A stretch of DNA of 62,165 nucleotides, the filler included, from Deltaproteobacteria bacterium (GTDB taxonomy: Bacteria > JAUYMQ01): assembly GCA_030698575.1 (NCBI GenBank). It is 13 parts of 13 records of this genome, joined end to end, with 100 filler letters (N's around TTAATTAATTAA, not from the genome) between each part and the next. Parts side by side here need not be neighbours in the genome. Positions count along the whole stretch, not along the records: positions 32,575 to 35,495 come from JAUYMQ010000215.1; positions 35,596 to 39,252 come from JAUYMQ010000216.1; positions 39,353 to 46,058 come from JAUYMQ010000217.1; 10 more parts are not named here. One strand, given 5' to 3'. Under the pieces are notes generated by a model. The model saw only the letters and a list, made by a program, of their open reading frames with translations. It was not told the DNA's origin and did not search any database. Position numbers and translations under genes: made by a program. This document shows positions 33,948 through 43,434 of the stretch, one piece after another. Positions within the stretch are counted from its first letter, which is position 1. Each line of letters opens with the position of its first letter.

Positions 33948-34581
33948 TGAACACGAAGCCGAGCACGAGCAGGGCCGCGAAGGCGAGCGTGAGCAACCCG
34001 AGGTAGCGCTCGATGAAGGGCATGACGCGGGGGCCGGCGCGGCGAATCAGCTCGGCGACCAGGAAGAAGCGCGCTCCGCGGCCGAGCACCGAAGCCAGGA
34101 TGAACACGGGCAGCGCCACCTCGAACACGCCGGCGGCGATCGTGAAGACCTTGTAGGGGATCGGCGTGAAACCGGCCGTGAAGATCGCCAGGAACGCGTT
34201 GTTCTGGTAGAGCGTCTGGACGTTGTCGAAGTTGTGGAGCGTGAAGCCGAGCGACCCCATGTGCATGAAGACCCAGTCGCGGAGGGCGGCCCAGAGGGTG
34301 TAGCCGATGGCGTAGCCCGCGATGCCGCCGGTGACCGAGCCCAGTGTGGTGATGGCGGCGAAGAAGCGGGCGCGGGCCGGGCGGGCCAGCGCCATGGCGA
34401 TGAGCAGCACGTCGGGCGGCACGGGGAAGAAGGACGACTCGGTGAAGGCCAGGCCGAAGAGCGCCCAGCGCGCGTGCCGGTGGGCGGCCCATTCGAGCAC
34501 CCAGTCGTAGAGGCGGTAATGGACGCCCTTGAGCCCGGTCGGTCTTGCGGCGGGGACGTCTTTCACGAGGGCTTCGTTCAA
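33931..34581 (-). CDS. YqaA/DedA-family membrane protein (start uncertain)
   Basis: FTESSFFPVPPDVLL, GFTPIPYKVFTI..G, GRGARFF. Confidence 0.9.
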   Translation of the reverse strand: MNEALVKDVPAARPTGLKGVHYRLYDWVLEWAAHRHARWALFGLAFTESSFFPVPPDVLLIAMALARPARARFFAAITTLGSVTGGIAGYAIGYTLWAALRDWVFMHMGSLGFTLHNFDNVQTLYQNNAFLAIFTAGFTPIPYKVFTIAAGVFEVALPVFILASVLGRGARFFLVAELIRRAGPRVMPFIERYLGLLTLAFAALLVLGFVFIKYLA

Positions 34582-34649
34582 GGGTGCTCTCTCCCGGGGG
34601 AAGGGGCACAATAACGAAAACCGGATTAGTTGGCCAGCGCGAACGCGCG

Positions 34650-34715
34650 CCGCATGTCATTGCGAGGAGCCTCCCCCGCATGTCATTGCGAGGAGCGAAG
34701 CGACGAAGCAATCCC
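34650..34715 (+). repeat. REP-like palindromic element with a partial tandem duplication
   Basis: CCGCATGTCATTGCGAGGAGC at 34650 and 34676; the second copy continues GAAGCGACGAAGCAATCCC. Confidence 0.7.
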
Positions 34716-34737
34716 CCAGGCACTTGAGGAGCAAAGA

Positions 34738-35495
34738 ATGACTCTCGAGCAATTGTTCTCCCTGAAAGGCAAAGTCGCCCTCGTAACCGGCGGCTCCCGC
34801 GGCATCGGCCTGATGATCGCCCGGGGCTACATCGCCGCCGGCGCGAAGGTCTACATTTCCAGCCGCAAGGCCGACGTGTGCGACCAGGTGGCTGCCGAGC
34901 TGTCGAAAGAGGGCGAGTGCATCTCGGTGCCGGCCGATCTCTCGACCGAGGACGGCTGCCGCACCCTCTCGGAGGCCGTCGCCGCGCGCGAGGGCGCGCT
35001 GCACGTGCTGGTCAACAACGCCGGGGCCAACTGGGGCGCGCCGCTGGAGGAGTATCCCGAGTCGGCCTGGGACAAGATCTACGCGCTGAACGTGAAGGGA
35101 ATCTTCTTCCTCACGCGCCAGCTCCTGCCGCTACTCGAGAAGGGCGCGCGCGAGGGCGACCCGGCGCGGATCATCAACATCGGTTCGGTGGACGGGATCC
35201 GGGTGCCCGTGATGGATAACTTCGCCTACGCGGTGAGCAAGGCCGCCGTGCACCATCTGACCCGCGTGCTGGCGCAGCGCTTCGCCGGGCGGAACATCAC
35301 CGTGAACGCCGTTGCGCCCGGCCCCTTCGAGAGCAAGATGATGGCCGCCACCCTCGAGCAGTTCCGCGACACCATCACCGCCGCAGTGCCCCTCGGCCGC
35401 ATCGGCGAACCCGAGGACATGGCGGGCGTGTCGATCTTTTTAGCGTCACGGGCCGGGGCTTATCTAACAGGGGCGATCGTTCCGTGCGATGGGGG
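34738..35495 (+). CDS. SDR oxidoreductase (RhlG-like), 3'-partial
   Basis: TGGSRGIG, NNAG, YAVSK. Confidence 0.9.
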
Positions 35496-35595
35496 NNNNN
35501 NNNNNNNNNNNNNNNNNNNNNNNNNNNNNNNNNNNNNNNTTAATTAATTAANNNNNNNNNNNNNNNNNNNNNNNNNNNNNNNNNNNNNNNNNNNN

Positions 35596-36247
35596 AGGTC
35601 CGCCGGAAGAACTCCACCGGCTTCCGGTACTCGTCGACGCCCTCCCCCACATGCACCTGCCAGAGATCGGCGGCAAACTCGGCCTGCTGGTAGCGACCGC
35701 TCGCCACGTCGGGATGCGGGTTCACGACCTCGCGCCAGGGCTTGAGGCCGACCGTGGCCTGGTTCTCGATGGCCGTGCCAGCGCTCTTCCGGCGCTCGCC
35801 GCGCACCTGCTCGTCGAAGCGCAACCGCAGCAGCTCCATCTTCGCCTTCTCGATCTCATCCGCCTGCGGCGCGGACACCGCGGCCAGGAGCCGCGCCGCC
35901 GAGTCCAGGGCGCGGTATGCGTCGTCGGTCGAGAAGGGGTTCTGATGCGCCCACCGGTTCCGCGCATCCCGCAGCTCGCTCACGAGCGTGCGCTCGGCCT
36001 GCCCCAGCGTCTTGCGAAACACCACGTTCCACTGGGTCCACATCACCGCCAAGATGGCCGCCACGTCCCACCGGGGCTCGGCCTCCGTGCCGAACAGGCT
36101 CGCCTGCGACTCGCTCACCGAGGCCTTCGCCTGCTCGAACCAGAGCTGGGCGTGCTGCGCCTTCATCTCGCGCTCCACGAACGAGCGCAACCCGTCCTTG
36201 AGCAGCTCCAGCGCCTTGCCGACCCGCTCGTGGTTGGTGATGGCCAT
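35596..36247 (-). CDS. Swt1-like HEPN-fused DUF499 AAA+ ATPase, N-terminal part
   Basis: RDARNRWAH (Rx4-6H), LKPWREVV.PH.DV..G.YQQAEFAADL. Confidence 0.85.
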
Positions 36248-36271
36248 CGCGTGCCTCGCCTGACGCCTACG

Positions 36272-36469
36272 TCAGCGTCCCTGTTCGACCGGTATGTCTT
36301 CCGGGGCCACCCAGACGACGCGTCCATCGCGCCACTCGGCCACGGGATTGCCGGCCTGCTTGTGACGCAGCAGAGCGTCTCGCACGGCGCGCGTGAGCGC
36401 ATCCTGGATCAGCGTGACGTCCCTCAGACGCTCACCCAGCGAACGAGAGACACTCGGACGCTCAGTCAT
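36272..36469 (-). CDS. Small hypothetical protein (antitoxin-like)
   Basis: AVRDALLRHKQAGNPVAEWRDGRVVWVAPE; GGAGG RBS. Confidence 0.6.
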   Translation of the reverse strand: MTERPSVSRSLGERLRDVTLIQDALTRAVRDALLRHKQAGNPVAEWRDGRVVWVAPEDIPVEQGR

Positions 36470-36572
36470 GGTATCCCTCCGTTACCTTCTGCTCCCGCTC
36501 GACAAAGGGGCGCAGCCCCTCCTCGAGCAGTTCCAGCGCCTTGCTAACCCGGTCGTGGTTGCTGATCGCCAT
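36462..36572 (-). pseudogene. Diverged duplicate of the first ~29 codons of the DUF499 gene
   Basis: MAISNHDRVSKALELLEEGLRPFVEREQK vs MAITNHERVGKALELLKDGLRSFVEREMK; has its own GAGGAG RBS. Confidence 0.85.
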
Positions 36573-36630
36573 GACTCAGCTCCTCACCAACAACGTTTCT
36601 ACTGCAAGGCCTTCCTAAGTCCGTCCGCGC

Positions 36631-37068
36631 TCACACGAGATGGACAATCTCGACATCGCCCCATCGCTCCCGCAGGTACTCGGCCACGAGGCGCCGATGG
36701 CATCGGTGGGGCGTGTCTTCGCTACAGAGAAGACAGCCCTCGGAGATGACATCTCTACGAACAGTCCTCTCTATCTCACGACGTCGCATGAGGTCCAAAA
36801 ACTCACGCTCGTACACCGACCAGTCACCCTTGTTCTTCTTGTAGCCATCGAGCATCTCCTGGGTCGGTGCGAGGGCCGGCACGTGCACGTAATCCATGCC
36901 GCAGATCTCGCGTAGGAAATACTGCAAATCGCTCCGCTTGGCGAACCCGGCCAGCTGCGACACGTTGTTGAGCCGTACGTCCACAACCCGCCTGGCACCG
37001 GCCGCGCGGAGCTTCGAAAAGAACGTGTCCGCTGACTTCTTGGTGAATCCAATGGTGAACATCTTCAT
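36631..37068 (-). CDS. DUF488-family protein (short type)
   Basis: FTIGFTKK, DVRLNNVSQLAGFAK, CLLCSE....CHRRLVAE. Confidence 0.85.
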   Translation of the reverse strand: MKMFTIGFTKKSADTFFSKLRAAGARRVVDVRLNNVSQLAGFAKRSDLQYFLREICGMDYVHVPALAPTQEMLDGYKKNKGDWSVYEREFLDLMRRREIERTVRRDVISEGCLLCSEDTPHRCHRRLVAEYLRERWGDVEIVHLV

Positions 37069-37685
37069 GCTGACCCCGCGGAACCCGCTTCCTCGCGCAT
37101 GTCTCCGTCGACGTAGGCGACCTGCTGCTCCTGGAGAGCACACGCCTCCGCGATCAACTCCTCCTTCGTCCGGAACAGGTCCGTATCGGACATCCCCAAC
37201 ATCCCAAGCAGCCTGGTCATGGCCTCGGCATGCGGCTCCAGACTGCCGTCGGCGTGGATGTGAGCGACGGGAACCCCGAGACCCTCCAGTTCCCGGCTGA
37301 CCAGGAGGGCACGATGGCACGCGAGAGGCTCCTTCTCGGCGCACAGCAACGCAAGCCGATATGAGTGCCCACCGTGAACGACGCGCTGCAAGCCCGCCCT
37401 GAAGAGATCCGTTTGCGCCAGCTTTCGGTACTGGACCCTTCCCTTCTCGTAACACGTGGGGTCTTTGGATCGGGCCCCGAGCTCGCGACCCAGAAACACG
37501 TAGGCGATCCCGTGCTCCTTCAGCGCTTCCTGGAAAGGCTCGCGATTGAAGTCGGGATTGAAGCGGCTGTATGGCGCCGAGCGCACATCGGCAACGGCTG
37601 TGACCTCATGCGCGCGGAGCAGCTCGATGAACCTCTCGAGCGGATGATTCGAGTGACCGATTGTCAGGACTGTCGGAGTCGTCAT
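37065..37685 (-). CDS. DUF488-family protein
   Basis: TIGHSNH, DVRSAPYSRFNP.FN, LLCAEKEPLACHR. Confidence 0.85.
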   Translation of the reverse strand: MTTPTVLTIGHSNHPLERFIELLRAHEVTAVADVRSAPYSRFNPDFNREPFQEALKEHGIAYVFLGRELGARSKDPTCYEKGRVQYRKLAQTDLFRAGLQRVVHGGHSYRLALLCAEKEPLACHRALLVSRELEGLGVPVAHIHADGSLEPHAEAMTRLLGMLGMSDTDLFRTKEELIAEACALQEQQVAYVDGDMREEAGSAGSA

Positions 37686-38383
37686 GAGCTTCGATCGAGC
37701 TCCCGATCCGGGGTGATCAAGGCTGCGACAAGCTTGTAGCAGTACCCTTCGTGGGGCTCTCCGAGGCTTACCGTCACAAAGCACTCCCCGATCGGGTATT
37801 CGCCGTTGCTGCCGGCCAGGTACTTCCGCTCGACGAGAGGATCCGTCACCCACAGGCGGTACGTGATGCCCCGGTGGGAGAACTCTGCCTGTACTCGACG
37901 CTTCGGGTTCCCGAAACTCGTGCCCGGTGCGAATACCCGTACCTTAAGCTGGTCGGAATACAGCAGATAGAGAGAGCTGCCCAGCAGCGCAGCATCGGAC
38001 AGCCTGACGCGATCGTTTGAACCACTCCCGGTGCTGAAACCATTCACCCAGAGCGCTGCCGGATCATCTGCGAGAGCGTCGAGGTCGTCCCAGGTTGCTC
38101 GCCCAGCGCGCTTCCAGTAGTAGTCCGGGTCGAGCAACCAGTTCTCCGACTGGTAGGCCTTGGGATGGTGGCCTTTCAAAGGGACATCCATGATGTCCAG
38201 AACGCGAGGATCGCTGCCATCCTCGTACTGGCGTTCGTGTTCGGAGACCTCTTCCATGGGTCGCTCACTTACGGGGCGCACCCACGGCCCGGGACCTTCC
38301 TCGGCCTGCTCCTTGCCGGCGACACAGCGCCCCGACAGCTTTCGTGAGTTTGCCAAGCACACGAGCCGCTTTACGACCGGCAT
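37682..38383 (-). CDS. Dual-OB-fold domain protein
   Basis: CLANSRK..GRCVAG, WVRPVS, QSENW, VTDP, VSLGEP..GYCYKLVA. Confidence 0.7.
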   Translation of the reverse strand: MPVVKRLVCLANSRKLSGRCVAGKEQAEEGPGPWVRPVSERPMEEVSEHERQYEDGSDPRVLDIMDVPLKGHHPKAYQSENWLLDPDYYWKRAGRATWDDLDALADDPAALWVNGFSTGSGSNDRVRLSDAALLGSSLYLLYSDQLKVRVFAPGTSFGNPKRRVQAEFSHRGITYRLWVTDPLVERKYLAGSNGEYPIGECFVTVSLGEPHEGYCYKLVAALITPDRELDRSS

Positions 38384-38427
38384 CTTAAGACCTCGTCAGG
38401 GCAAAGGAAGCCCACAAACTCCATGGC

Positions 38428-39252
38428 TTACTCCTGCTCGAACAGTTGGGCCTGCCCGGTCTGTGGTTTCCCGCCCTCGCGCGCCAGGCGGGCGATCTCC
38501 GGCCAGCTCTGCACAAGCCCATTGTACGAAAGCGCCTCCTGCGCGCGCTTCTTCCGCTCGCACACCGTGTACAGCCGGTAGGCCAGCTCGCGCGCGGGTT
38601 CGGCCCTGCCGCCGAGCTTCGCTACCAGCTCGGCTGCCGCGCCCTCTCCGCCCGCCTCCAGCACGCGGATCAGCTGGTGCACGACCTCCCACGCCGTGAC
38701 GCGCGGGTCGGTGGCGGGGTCCCAATCCGAGGGCAGCTCGCCGGGCTTCAGCAGGCGCACCTTGCCGGCCTTCGAGGCGACGATGCCGGCCTCGACCATG
38801 CCGCCTACGCTGGTGTTCTTGGCCTTGGAAAGCGTCTCGGCTACCCCGAACTCTCCCTCAGCGAAGCCCGACTGCTCGAACCACGCCAGCGCCCAGCGGC
38901 TGTCCGCGTCGAAGTCGCCCTCCTGCTCGGCCAGCGCCTCGTCGAGCGTCTGGTTGATCAGCGCCAGCGCCTCACGGACCGAGAGCGGCTTGCCCTCCGC
39001 GTCGAGCACCCTGGCGTAGCGGGTGTAGACCGCCATGCCCGGGCCGATGGCCGCCTGCGCCAGGTCCACCGGGGCGATGTTTCCACGCTGCAGGTGGGCG
39101 AGCGCGACGGGCAGCTCGGCCTTGAGCGCGGTGACGAACTCGCGGCGCGTGGCCGTGGGCGCGTTCTCCGCGCGCGGGCGACAGACGAGGACGATGCCGG
39201 AGGCTAGGGAGTTACTCTCTATGTCTCTACTCCGCCCTTCGCGCTCGGTCCG
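38428..39252 (-). CDS. DUF1156 adenine methyltransferase, C-terminal part
   Basis: LASGIVLVCRPR, IAPVDLAQAAIGPGMAVYTRY, ARELAYRLY, YNGLVQSW. Confidence 0.85.
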   Translation of the reverse strand, partial: RTEREGRSRDIESNSLASGIVLVCRPRAENAPTATRREFVTALKAELPVALAHLQRGNIAPVDLAQAAIGPGMAVYTRYARVLDAEGKPLSVREALALINQTLDEALAEQEGDFDADSRWALAWFEQSGFAEGEFGVAETLSKAKNTSVGGMVEAGIVASKAGKVRLLKPGELPSDWDPATDPRVTAWEVVHQLIRVLEAGGEGAAAELVAKLGGRAEPARELAYRLYTVCERKKRAQEALSYNGLVQSWPEIARLAREGGKPQTGQAQLFEQE

Positions 39253-39352
39253 NNNNNNNNNNNNNNNNNNNNNNNNNNNNNNNNNNNNNNNNNNNNTTAA
39301 TTAATTAANNNNNNNNNNNNNNNNNNNNNNNNNNNNNNNNNNNNNNNNNNNN

Positions 39353-40231
39353 GGGTCCGAGTGGGAAGTCGTGACGACCCAGGGGCTGAACGGCGCCGCG
39401 ATCGGCAGCAAATGGGTGGACATCACCGAGTTCCCGGAGCTCGACACGACGGAGGTGTGGACATTCGTCAACCGCTCCGGAGTCACGCATCCCATGCACA
39501 TGCACCTCATTTTCTTCCAGGTGCTCGACCGGCAGGCCTTCGAGGACCAGGGCGGTCTCGTTGTGCCCATCGGGTCGCCCGTTCCGCCGCCCGCGCACGA
39601 GGCGGGCTGGAAGGACACCGTCCAGGTCGGACCGAACGAGATCCTGCGCGTGATCGCGCGCTTCGACGACTACACCGGGAAGTACGCGTACCACTGCCAC
39701 ATCTTGGAGCACGAGGATCACGAGATGATGCGGCAGTTCCAGACGGTGGACTGCGGCAATCTCGTTCTCGAGCCGGGAGAGGAGTGTGACGACGGCAACG
39801 AGGCGAGCGGCGACCGCTGCTCGGCGACCTGCGAGGCGGAGGACTTCCTCATCCTCGGGGGGACGGCCGAGGGGGGCAGCGTGGACCTCACGGTCGATGG
39901 CGAGGTGATCATGGTGACCACGACGCCCGGCCAGACGGCCGCGCAGGTGGCGGCGGCGCTGGCGGACGCCATCAACAACAACGCAAACCTCGCCGCGGCC
40001 GGCGTCACGGCGGTCTCGACCGGGAACACGCTCTTCACCACGGGCGTCATCACCAACGTGAACATCAACGACGCCGGCCTGCAGGAGCAGATGATCCCGG
40101 CGCTCTCGCCCCGGGGCGTGCTCGCCTTCGCCGCCATCCTTGGCCTGTTCACGGCGGCAGGCCTGCTGCGCAGGCGCTCGGCAGCTCGCGCGCGACACCC
40201 CGGTCATGCGAAAGGAAGCAAGAACCTGTAG
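39353..40231 (+). CDS. Multicopper oxidase C-terminus with a Cys-rich repeat and an IPTL-CTERM-like sorting signal
   Basis: [22 protein letters not shown]...GEECDDGN...CSATC; IPALSP-TM-RRR. Confidence 0.85.
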   Translation, partial: GSEWEVVTTQGLNGAAIGSKWVDITEFPELDTTEVWTFVNRSGVTHPMHMHLIFFQVLDRQAFEDQGGLVVPIGSPVPPPAHEAGWKDTVQVGPNEILRVIARFDDYTGKYAYHCHILEHEDHEMMRQFQTVDCGNLVLEPGEECDDGNEASGDRCSATCEAEDFLILGGTAEGGSVDLTVDGEVIMVTTTPGQTAAQVAAALADAINNNANLAAAGVTAVSTGNTLFTTGVITNVNINDAGLQEQMIPALSPRGVLAFAAILGLFTAAGLLRRRSAARARHPGHAKGSKNL

Positions 40232-40361
40232 AATGGGGGTGGTCGCTGCCGCCGCCGGTGCTCCTGACAGGCGAGCACGAGGCGGCCCTCCGCCGATCGG
40301 CCCGGGCCAGTTCAGTTCTGTCGAGCGACATTCACCGGGGGGGCCGGAGGGTTTCGCGATC

Positions 40362-41768
40362 ATGAAGTTCTGGAAGTTGTTCTCGACTCGCATTCACCGG
40401 GCGCTCCTGGGTGCGGCGATCGCCACCGGGCTCGCCGTCGGCGCAACCCCCGCGGCGGCCCTCACCGCGGACATTCCCGCCTCGCGCGACAGCACCCTGA
40501 TCGAGCAGTCCGAGGGCGCCCTCGGCAACGGCGCCGGCCCCAATTTCTTCGCCGGCCGGACCAGCCAGTCAGTGGGGTCCCTCCGCCGGGCGCTCATCGC
40601 CTTCGACGTCTCCGCCTACCTGCCGGCCGGCGCGGTGGTTACCGGCGCCAGCCTGAACCTCCACGCCTCCATCACCACCGAGGGACCGCGCGACTTCGGT
40701 CTTTATCGCGTTCTTTCGGACTGGGGCGAGGGCGCTTCGAGCACCGACGGGGGCCGCGGCGCTCCGTCCGAGGCCGGGGACGCCACCTGGATCCATACCT
40801 TCTACGATACGAATTACTGGAGCACGGCGGGCGGAGACGCCGGCATGAACGCATCGTCGATCGCGGCGGTGGACGGCCCCGGCTATTACACCTGGCCCTC
40901 CACGCCGGAAATGGCGGCGGACGTTCAGGGGTGGCTGGTCAACCCTGCTTCGAACTTCGGATGGATTGTCATTGGCGGTGAGGGTTCGCCGGTCTCCGCG
41001 AAGCGCTTCGACAGCCGGGAGAACCCCGACGCCTCGACCCGCCCCCTGCTGACGGTCACCTATGAGACCGGCTCAGACTACCCCTGCGAGGACGCCGGTC
41101 TGCGCGGAGGCGCGCTCGGCCTCTGCCGTGCCTACTGCTACGCCGCCGACTGTGACGGAGACGAGACGCGCGCCAGCCAGAAGGCCTGCACGAAGCTGGC
41201 CTGGAATTTCGAGAAAGTAAGCGGCGGCCTCCCCCTCCCCTGCCGGACCGTCGGCAGCGACGGCGACGGAGACGGCGTCGAGGATGGGGCGGACAACTGC
41301 CCGATGACGCCAAACACGGATCAGGAGGAGAGCGACGGGGACGGTCCGGGAGACGCCTGCGACAACTGCCCCGAGATTTCGAACTCCGATCAGGAGGACA
41401 CCGGCGGGGAGGCGGGCGTGGGCGACGCCTGCGACTGCCCCTGCTTCACGCAGCGCGACGTTGAGGATCTCGTTGTCGCCCTGAGCAATCAGGCGCTTTA
41501 CCGCGAGCCAATCTGTATCGACACGCGCATCGGCGTGAAGCCGCTCACGACGATCACCGCCATGCGCGTGGACGGGCAGCGCTGCGGAACGGGTAGCGCG
41601 GATTGCTCGGCGCTGGCCGTCGAGTTCACCGAGGATCGCGTCTGCCAGCTGAACCCGCCCGCGCCGGCCCCGGCGACGAGCCTCCAGGGCATCTCCGACG
41701 CGCAGCGAGAGGCCTGCCGGGAGTACATCCTGGGCGCCGCCGGCATAACCATGATCGAGTGCAGCTGA
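40362..41768 (+). CDS. Secreted DNRLRE/CBM96-like protein with thrombospondin type 3 repeats
   Basis: [13 protein letters not shown]...[25 protein letters not shown] repeats. Confidence 0.7.
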   Translation: MKFWKLFSTRIHRALLGAAIATGLAVGATPAAALTADIPASRDSTLIEQSEGALGNGAGPNFFAGRTSQSVGSLRRALIAFDVSAYLPAGAVVTGASLNLHASITTEGPRDFGLYRVLSDWGEGASSTDGGRGAPSEAGDATWIHTFYDTNYWSTAGGDAGMNASSIAAVDGPGYYTWPSTPEMAADVQGWLVNPASNFGWIVIGGEGSPVSAKRFDSRENPDASTRPLLTVTYETGSDYPCEDAGLRGGALGLCRAYCYAADCDGDETRASQKACTKLAWNFEKVSGGLPLPCRTVGSDGDGDGVEDGADNCPMTPNTDQEESDGDGPGDACDNCPEISNSDQEDTGGEAGVGDACDCPCFTQRDVEDLVVALSNQALYREPICIDTRIGVKPLTTITAMRVDGQRCGTGSADCSALAVEFTEDRVCQLNPPAPAPATSLQGISDAQREACREYILGAAGITMIECS

Positions 41769-41803
41769 GCGCGCGGCGCAACCGCGGGGTGAGGCCGGTG
41801 GCG

Positions 41804-43027
41804 CTAACCGAGGAGCGAGCGCGCAATCGTCTGTAGCTGGATCTCGTTGGTTCCGCCGCCGATCTCGAACATCTTGGCGTCGCGCGCGAGCTTCTCGAGC
41901 GGAAGCTCCGCCATGTAACCCGCGCCGCCGTGAATCTGGATCGCCTCCAGCGCCACCCGCACGGCCTCCTCCGCGCAGTAGAGCTTGGCCAGCGACGCCA
42001 GGCGCGCGTCAAGCTTGCCCTCCCGCTGCGCCCAGGCGAGCTTGAAGACGAGATTCCGCGCGTTCTCGAGCGACAAGGCCATTCGTGCAAGCTTGAAGGC
42101 GATCGCCTGGAACTCCGCGATTGGCCGGCCGAACTGCTCCCGCACCTTCGCGTAGCGCACCGATTCCTCCACGCAGCGCTCGATGATCCCGAGACACATC
42201 GCCGGCATGACGGCGCGCTCGAGATTGAGCGTTTCCAGCGCCGCGCCGCCGCGAGCGGACGGCTCGCGCACGACGCTTCCAAGCAGGTTTTCACGCGGCA
42301 CGGCGCAATCCTGAAGGAAGACCTCGCCGGTGGGCGCGTCGTGCATGCCCATCTTCCTGAGCGGCGGGCCCGTCTCGAGCCCGGGGGTACCCCGTTCGAC
42401 CACGACACCGCGAACGGGACCGGGGCCGTCATCGAGAATGACGCGCGCGTAGACCACGAAGACGTCGGCGAAGGGCGCGTTGCTGATGAAGGTCTTCTGC
42501 CCGCTGAGGACGATCCTGTCTTCATGAACGGCGGCGGTCGCGCGCATTCCCCCGAAGGCGTCGCTCCCGGCCCCCGGCTCCGTGAGCGCCCAGGCGCCCA
42601 CCTTGTCGAAGCTGAGAACGGGAATCGCGTAGCGCTCGATGGCGCCGGCCGAGCCCTGGGCGACGATGGCCATCGCGCAGCCGAGTGTGGAGATGAGCGT
42701 CAGCGCGACACCCGGCGAGACGCGCGAGATCTCCTTCAGCAGAACGCTCGACAGCATGGGATCGCCGCCGAGCCCCCTCCCCTCCCTCGTGTCCGCCTCA
42801 CCGGCGGCTCCGGCGTTCGCTTCGCCGCTCCGGAGACGCGCCAGACGGCGCTCGGCCTCCGCCACCAGCATCTGCGCGATGCCGAGGTCGCGTCCGAGCG
42901 TCTTCAGGAGATCGAACGGCAGCGTCTCACCTTTTTCGAGCGCGGGGACGGTCGGCGCCAGGTTCTTCTCGCACCACGCCCGCACCGCCTGTTCCAGCGA
43001 CCGCTGTGTCTCGTCCAGCTCGAACAC
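41804..43027 (-). CDS. Acyl-CoA dehydrogenase
   Basis: LTEPGAGSD, GQKTFISN, REQFGRPI..FQ, IHGGAGY, EIGGGTNEIQ. Confidence 0.92.
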   Translation of the reverse strand: MFELDETQRSLEQAVRAWCEKNLAPTVPALEKGETLPFDLLKTLGRDLGIAQMLVAEAERRLARLRSGEANAGAAGEADTREGRGLGGDPMLSSVLLKEISRVSPGVALTLISTLGCAMAIVAQGSAGAIERYAIPVLSFDKVGAWALTEPGAGSDAFGGMRATAAVHEDRIVLSGQKTFISNAPFADVFVVYARVILDDGPGPVRGVVVERGTPGLETGPPLRKMGMHDAPTGEVFLQDCAVPRENLLGSVVREPSARGGAALETLNLERAVMPAMCLGIIERCVEESVRYAKVREQFGRPIAEFQAIAFKLARMALSLENARNLVFKLAWAQREGKLDARLASLAKLYCAEEAVRVALEAIQIHGGAGYMAELPLEKLARDAKMFEIGGGTNEIQLQTIARSLLG

Positions 43028-43312
43028 CGCTGCGCCCTCCTCTTAGAATGTCGGCCATCCGGCGCGCGTGCACGACGGCCGATGAGAATCGATCCCCCGC
43101 GGCAGAGTCTCGCCATGCCGCGACGGCCCATCCTGAGAGGAAAGCCCCCGGCGGTCAACGCCGGCGGCGTCCCGGGCCGCTGCAATTTCGACGCCCCCGG
43201 CCGTTCCCAGCCGCAAAATCTGCAAGCGCCCGCCACATGCGCGCGCACTCACCTGCGCCGCAAACTCCGACCCACCGCCGCCTGGCGGGAGGACGCACTG
43301 TCCCGATTTCGG

Positions 43313-43328
43313 GGGAACGGGAATTGCA
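43313..43328 (+). promoter_or_regulatory. Possible sigma54 promoter
   Basis: GGGAACG-GGAA-TTGCA, ~105 nt upstream of 43435. Confidence 0.35.
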
Positions 43329-43434
43329 TGAAATTTCAGGGCAGCAACGCGCCGGGCGGGCGCGATAAGGTGCTGGTTCGCCTGCCACGGGCGGCGAGGC
43401 GCTTGGTTCGGAGCGCGACAAGGGAGAACAAGCG

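Noticed and set aside
34650-34715. CRISPR-like direct repeat
   Set aside because: Only two copies 5 nt apart and no cas genes; fits a REP-like element
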